Assembly: GCA_035193785.1 (NCBI GenBank)
Contig: CP136572.1
Span: 3,476,578-3,540,577 of the forward strand
Reading direction: 5' to 3'
Length of the DNA: 64,000 nt
Source: Planktothrix sp. GU0601_MAG3
GTDB taxonomy: Bacteria; Cyanobacteriota; Cyanobacteriia; Cyanobacteriales; Microcoleaceae
In this document: positions 57,437 through 64,000 of the stretch, piece after piece
Position numbering within the stretch: position 1 is the stretch's first letter
Layout of the letters: each line of letters starts with the position of its first letter
Notes under the pieces: model-generated
The model's database searches: none
The model's input: the letters and a program-made list of their open reading frames with translations, nothing else
What the model was told of the DNA's origin: nothing
Position numbers and translations under genes: made by a program

Positions 57437-58047
57437 TAAAATTTGTAGGGGCGGGTTCACCGATCAATTATGTCACCCAGCGATAATCTGAATAAACCCG
57501 CCCCCACCGATCAATTATGTTACCCACCGATAACCTTAATAAACTCGCCCCTACCCAACAAATAATCCCAAATAACTATCATTGAATAACTATTAAATTG
57601 AATTAATTGTTAATTTGTTGGTGGGGTTGGGGCGGGTTTTGATAATTTGTTGATGGGTGTCAAATATTCAGGCGAACCCGCCCCTACAGGAATTATTGGG
57701 AATTTCAGTATGATGTAGAGTTGGTTTTAGGGCGATCGCGATTTAATAAAATTTGTAGGGGCGGGTTCACCGATCAATTATGTCACCTACCGATAATCTG
57801 AATAAACCCGCCCCCACAGATCAATTATGTTACCCACCGATAACCTGAATAAACCCGACTCCACCCAACAAATAATCCCAAATAACTATCATTGAATAAC
57901 TATTAAATTGAATTAATTGTTAATTTGTTGGTGGGGTTGGGGCGGGTTTTGATAATTTGTTGATGGGTGTCAAATATTCAGGCGAACCCGCCCCAACGGG
58001 AATTATTGGGAATTTCAGTATGATGTAGAGTTGGTTTTAGGGCGATC
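57437..58047. repeat. 310-bp direct duplication of a REP cluster, preceded by TAATGGG heptamers
   Basis: Near-identical copies starting at ~57437 and ~57747, each with several GGGGCGGGTT/AACCCGCCCC half-sites. Confidence 0.88.
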
Positions 58048-58072
58048 TATATTGGCTTTTGCTATATATTAT

Positions 58073-60014
58073 TCAGCTATTTGCCTTTCCAATAGCTTGA
58101 GTAATCCGATCTAACAAAATTGCCAATAACACAATTCCCAGTCCCCCCACGGCCGCCATACCGACATCTAAACGCCCCATTCCTTGTAATACCGTTAAAC
58201 CCAGTCCGGGCACTGCAATCATCGAAGCAATTACCGACATTCCCAAAGCAAATAATACTGTTTGATTCACTCCTGCCAAAATTGTTGGTATCGCCAGGGG
58301 AATTTGCACTTCCCACAGGATTTGTCTGGGGGTTGAAACCAAAAGCATAGGCCGCCTCCACAACTTCGCCTGAGACTTGTCGAATACCCAAATTAGTGCA
58401 TCTAATTAAGGGGGGAAGGGCGTAGATAATTGTGGCAATTACCCCCGGAACTTCTCCAATTCCAAATAGCATCACGACGGGAACTAGATAGACGAAAGTT
58501 GGTAGGGTTTGCATGGCATCCAGCAGGGGTCTAAATACTTGCTCAAAGCGATCGCTCCGGGCACAGGCTACACCCAAGGGAATGCCGACTATGATGCAGA
58601 ATATAACCGCCGTAACCACTAGGGCAAGGGAAACCATCGCGGCTTCCCAGAGCCCAATAAAACCAATTAAGGTTAGAGCCAGCAGGCTATAAATTCCTAC
58701 TCCTTGTCCGGCAATTTTCCAGGTCATCAAGCTAATTAAAAGTAAGGAAATTAAAGGGGGAATTGCTAACAATAATCCGCGAATTTCTGTTAACACCCAA
58801 CTGATGGGAATACGAATGGTCTGGAAAAAAGGACGAAAGTTATCTACCAGGAAATTAATGGCGGCTGTAATCCACTTATCCAGAGGAATTGTGTAAAGTT
58901 GGAAGGGATTTAGTAAGATATTCAGTCCTGATAAACTTTTGCTGGTAGGATTGTTTTCTATAATTGGGGAATTTTCTGATAAATTGTTGCTGGTTTGATT
59001 TATTTGATTTAGCCAACTATCAAAAAGATCTTGATTTTGCTTAATCCATTCTTCGGCATGAAGACGAATATCTTGGGGTTTATCTTCGCCATTTTTAATC
59101 CGATAACTTTCCCGAATCATATCTTCATAGGGAATTTTTACCAGTTCCAAGAAATGTTTTACCGATGGATTTGTGGCTAAAAATTTCTTATTGGCAATCA
59201 CTCGATATTTGCCTTGAACCATGCCCAGATTTTTCCCATTTACAGATGTATCTTTGGCGGTAAGATTTTCAATATTGGAGGCGGTAAAAGGTACTTCTAA
59301 CCAAATAACATCTTTACCTACCTTCAGCACCTGACCCACCCAGAAAGGACTATAAACGTAGGAAAAAAAAGGTTCTCCTTGTTTGTAACGGGTTAAGGCA
59401 TCGGCAATTAGGGCGGTATAATTTCCCTGATTAATTTCCACAGTATTGCGTAGTTTGTAAGCATCCAAATGATGCTCCATTTCTAACTCACAACTCCAAC
59501 CCGGATCGCAACCAACTAGATCGGCTTTGCCATCTCCATCGCTATCAAATAGCTGGGCAATTTTTGGATCTTTAAATTGTTGTAAGTTAGTAATTCCATA
59601 TTTGTCAGCAGTCTTTTTATCAATCTGATAACCCTGCATCAGAGGAAAAAGTAGACCAACTTTCTCCAATTTTTTTTCACCGCCAGCATTTTGATAAAAT
59701 TGATTATGTCCGGGGTCTCCAAAGACGGGAGCAATATCTAAATCACCATTAGCAACTGCGGTATATAGGGCTGGATAGGCGACAGCCACCAGTGGCGCTG
59801 TTTTGTAACCGAGTTTCTCCAACCCAATATTAACAATCTCAGTTTGAAATCGATCCTCAATCCAATCACTCGTCCCTGAACGAATAGTAATACTATTTCT
59901 GGGTAGAGTAGAGTTTGTAGTCGTTTGTGCGCCGGAGGCAAAAGCCATTAAACCGATCAGAAATATAGTTCCTAGAACTAACAAAATTGATTTTTTCAGG
60001 CGTTGTTTAATCAT
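58073..60014 (-). CDS. Glycine betaine/proline ABC transporter, fused ProX substrate-binding and ProW permease (apparent frameshift at 58335-58339)
   Basis: GCDPGWSC ProX motif; [31 protein letters not shown] permease motifs. Confidence 0.87.
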
Positions 60015-60147
60015 CTTTAAGAATTAAGAATTACGAATTACGAATGTGGTAAGGGCGGGTTCAATCAGATATTTGTTGATTAACTGAAATTTTGATGAAC
60101 CCGCCCCTACAATTAGCTGTTTCATATCAGTTGTAAATTATTACCAT

Positions 60148-61352
60148 CTATTTAAGATTGCTATTAAAATTACTAATACTAGCCAGGACATCTGCCTGTT
60201 CTAAAACTCCCTTAAACTTTCCTATTTCATCAACCACTACTAGGCTTGGTTCGTGGCGGTAAAGATGAAAAATATCCTCTAAAGGCACTGTGGATTTCAC
60301 TTGGGAAAAGTTAGTTTGCATCAATTTAGTAATATCTTTAATTTCTTGGTTAATTGCCAGAGCAAGCTGTTGGGAATCAACAAAACCGACGGGTTCTCTG
60401 TTAGAATTGAGTACATATATTCGCGGTATATTTTGGCTTTGTATCTGTTTGAGTGCTATTTGATCTAAATCTTCACCGAGAATTAAGCAAATAGTTGGAC
60501 GGGCAATCATTCCCGCTTTGAGAATTTGCCCCCGATTAATATCTTGAATAAAGCTACGGATATAATCATTTGTTGGTTGATTTAATAGTTCTTCTGGAGT
60601 CCCAATTTGAACAATTTCCCCGTCTTTCATCACCGCAATCCGATCACCTATTTTCATTGCTTCTTGGGTATCGTGACTAACAAAAACAATCGTTTTGTTC
60701 AACTCTTTTTGGAGTCTTAATAATTCATCCTGCATCTCCCTTCGAGTTAAGGGGTCAAGGGCGCTGAAAGGTTCATCCATCAGCAAAATCTCGGCATCCG
60801 TTGCCAAAGCACGAGCTAGTCCCACCCGTTGCTGCATCCCACCACTGAGGGCAGAAGGCAAATAATCCGCCCATGGAGCCAGCCCAACCACTTCCAGGGT
60901 TTCTAAAGCCTTTCTCCGACGTTTTGCCTGACTCATCCCTCGTAACTTCAACCCGTATTCCACATTATCGCTAACGGTTTTCTATGGGGAAATAAGCCAA
61001 AATGCTGAAACACCATTGATATTTTAGTGAGACGGATTTGACGAATGCGTTTTTCATCTAAATGAGCAATATCCTGATCGTCAATATAAATCTGTCCACT
61101 GGTTGGGGTAATCAAACGATTAATACAACGAAGCAGAGTCGATTTACCCGAACCGGACAATCCCATCACCACAAAAATTTCACCTTGGTTGATGGTAAAA
61201 GACACATCTGCAATGCCGAGAACCTGACCAGTAGCTTGCAAGATAGCATCTCGATTAGCTCCTTTTTCAAACAGGTTCAGTGCAGCATGACAGTTATCTC
61301 CATAAATCTTAATCAGATGTTCGATACGAATTTTGGCTTTAGGATAACTCAT
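60148..61352 (-). CDS. proV: Glycine betaine/proline ABC transporter ATP-binding protein (apparent +2 frameshift at 60977-60982)
   Basis: GLSGSGKST, LSGGMQQRVGLARAL, MDEPFSALDP, C-terminal CBS pair. Confidence 0.9.
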
Positions 61353-61699
61353 GCTTTACCCGATTTCTCCAGATGGTAGTTGCAAACAATTATTGATTAA
61401 CAGATAGTAGGTTTGGTCTGCAAACCCCTAGGGATTTTTTTCCCAAATCAATTAGTAATATAAAATCCTGAAATTGATGCTACATAACTCCCCCAAACCC
61501 CGCGTAGAGAAATGCCATGGCGCGTCTCTACACGATACAGATGCGTAGCAAACATTTAAGGATTTCATATAATAACCGATGCCCGCCTTGAGGGTTAAGG
61601 ATAGAGTACAATAGGCACACAGACTTACGGGAGGTCAATTTCGGCGTCCACTACTTAATTGCACCACCCAGTCACCCTTTTAGAGTTTCTAGCGTCATA

Positions 61700-62234
61700 A
61701 TGCCGATTGCCAAACTGTTCAATTCAATCACTCTCCCCCTGGGGTTTCATCCTGCTGTTACCCATGGCCCTAGTCGGTGGTTTTGTCACGGATAGTGTAG
61801 CCAGTTATGCCCAAACCGCACCCCCCGCGAAAAACGCCGTTGGGCGGGCGATGACCGTGCGCTCCGATATTCAAGAGGCTGATGCTCAAACGGGAATTGT
61901 CACCGCCCGGGGGAATGTTCAAATTAATTATCCTGCGCGTAGTATTCAGGCTACCGCAGCCCAAGCCCAATATTTCAGTCGAGAACGTCGAATTATTCTC
62001 AGTGGAAATGTCTTTGTTTTACAAGAGGGGAATACTATTCGCGGGGAAACCGTCACCTATTTAATTGATGAAGGACGGTTTATTGCCCTACCGCAAGGGG
62101 GAGGACAGGTAGAATCCATGTATTTAGTCCCCGATGAAAGTGCCAGCCCGAAAAACGCCACCGTTGAACCTTTTAATCCTAAACCTGCCTTTAAAACCCC
62201 ATTAAGTTCACCTTCAGCACCGCGTAATCCTTAA
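61700..62234 (+). CDS. lptA: LptA/OstA family protein (apparent frameshift at 61744-61748)
   Basis: TARGNVQI, ILSGNV, IRGETVTY; upstream of lptB. Confidence 0.8.
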
Positions 62235-62256
62235 ATTATTTCTAACAAATCTGGTT

Positions 62257-62985
62257 ATGAAAATAGTGCTGGAGAATATTCACAAATCCTACCGTAAACG
62301 CATAGTTGTTAGTCGAGTAAATTTATCAGTTTCCCAAGGGGAAATTGTGGGATTATTGGGGCCGAATGGTGCAGGTAAAACCACAACTTTTTATATTGCT
62401 ACGGGATTAGAAAAACCGAGCCAGGGGAATGTTTATCTGAATGAAATTGATATTACAAATTTACCGATTCATCAACGCGCCCGTTTAGGAATTGGTTATC
62501 TAACGCAACAGGCTAGTATTTTTCGACATCTGAGTGTCAGGGATAACATTTTATTGGTATTGCAAGAAACCCGTGTTCCGCGTCATTTGTGGCAAAAACG
62601 TCTGCATACTTTACTCAGGGAATTTCGCTTAGAAAAAGTAGCCTCAACTTTAGGTTATCAGGTTTCTGGGGGAGAACGACGACGGACGGAACTAGCCCGA
62701 GCTTTGGCGGCGGGATTAGAATTACCTCAGTTTTTGCTCCTAGATGAACCCTTTGCTGGCGTTGACCCAATTGCAGTTTCTGAAATTCAAGAAATTGTGG
62801 CTCAGTTACGCACTCAGAATATGGGAATTTTGATTACGGATCATAATGTTAGGGAGACTTTAGCGATTACAGACCGAGCTTATATTATGCGCGATGGACA
62901 AATTTTTGCCTCGGGAACGGCTGAAGAACTCTATAATAATCCCCTAGTGCGGCAGTATTATTTAGGTGACAATTTTCAACTATGA
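62257..62985 (+). CDS. lptB: LPS export ABC transporter ATP-binding protein
   Basis: GPNGAGKTT, SGGERRR, LLDEPFAGVDP, ITDHNVRETL, YYLG. Confidence 0.94.
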   Translation: MKIVLENIHKSYRKRIVVSRVNLSVSQGEIVGLLGPNGAGKTTTFYIATGLEKPSQGNVYLNEIDITNLPIHQRARLGIGYLTQQASIFRHLSVRDNILLVLQETRVPRHLWQKRLHTLLREFRLEKVASTLGYQVSGGERRRTELARALAAGLELPQFLLLDEPFAGVDPIAVSEIQEIVAQLRTQNMGILITDHNVRETLAITDRAYIMRDGQIFASGTAEELYNNPLVRQYYLGDNFQL

Positions 62986-64000
62986 AAATTACTCTTGATA
63001 AGTCTTTTATTTCTGGTAAGTTTCTCCTGCCCTATCTTCCAATTTTAGATCGATATTTAATCCAAGAATTAGTTCCGCCCTTTGTCTTTGGAGTGGGATT
63101 ATTTAGTTCCGTTGCGTTAACTGTAGGAAACGGTTTTTGAATTGGTTCGACAGGTGGCGGAGTCGGGTTTGGCAGTAGCGATCGCGGTCGAGGTTTTTCT
63201 CTTAAAAATGCCGGAATTTGTCGTTTTAGCCTTTCCCATGGCGATGATTTTAAGTACCTTAATGGTCTATGGTCGTTTATCTAGTGATAGTGAATTAATT
63301 GCCCTAAAAAGTTGTGGAATTAGTATATATCGGCTATTAGTACCCACATTAATTTTTAGTTTAATAATCACGGGTTTAACCTTTTGGTTTAATGAGGTGA
63401 TTGTCCCGGCAGCTAATTATAAAGCTTCCGTCACCTATGAACAGGCATTAAATGAAGGCAATCTTCCCGTTCAAGAAGATAATATTTTTTATCCCGAATA
63501 TGAGAAAATTAAAATAGAAGGAACGGATAAAAAATTTAGTCGTTTAGTGCGGTTATTTTATGCCCAAAGATTTGATCAAGGTCAAATGTTAGAGGTGACA
63601 ATCTTAGATCTTTCTCAACCGGAATTAACTCAAATTATTTCTTCAAAATCTGCCAATTGGAATTTTTCTGCTAATACTTGGGATTTTTTCAATGGCACGG
63701 TTTATATTGTAAATCCCGATGGATCTTATCGGAATATTGTTCGTTTTGATCATAAACAGATTAAACTCTCCCGTACTCCCCTAGATTTAGCGTCACGGAA
63801 ACGAGGGTTTGATGAGATGAATATTGCTCAAGCTCGAGATTATTTAAAGTTAATGAAATTGAGTGGAGATCAACAAAAAATTATTAAAACTAAGGTTAGA
63901 ATTCAACAAAAATATGCTCTCCCTTTTTCCTGTGTTGTCTTTGCTTTATTGGGTGTGGCATTAGGAAGTAGACCCCAAAGTACAAGTAAAGCCACCAGTT
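62982..64000 (+). CDS. LptF/LptG family permease (runs off the window; apparent frameshift at 63127-63131)
   Basis: ILDRYLIQEL, GRLSSDSELIALKSCGIS, KYALPFSC; ATGA overlap with lptB. Confidence 0.88.

Overview
Chromosomal window from a filamentous cyanobacterium (Oscillatoriales, Planktothrix-like). The assignment rests on frequent HIP1 GCGATCGC sites, heptameric STRR arrays, REP-like palindromes, chlL/chlN and hli. The window carries dndD and dndE (DNA phosphorothioation), ftsQ-ftsZ, a P-loop ATPase paired with a ~1,840-aa STAND/WD40 protein, two-component genes, nfuA/iscS, tRNA-Pro(GGG), a copper P-type ATPase cluster, a hicBA + Menshen-like (DUF262 / AAA-DUF3696 / putative nuclease) defence island, chlL-DUF5331-chlN, TpsB, a glycine-betaine ABC transporter and lptAB(F/G). 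Strongest signal: about 30 apparent frameshifts, including one in essential ftsZ, can all be repaired by restoring GAAAC/GTTTC to GAAC/GTTC. That is the classical Dnd phosphorothioation motif, so these are probably base-calling errors marking modified sites rather than pseudogenes. Second highlight: a small basic ORF (15529-15756) with a KGKGGS motif and an intrinsic terminator upstream of its stop codon, a candidate ArfA/BrfA-like ribosome-rescue factor. All calls are by eye; no database searches were run.
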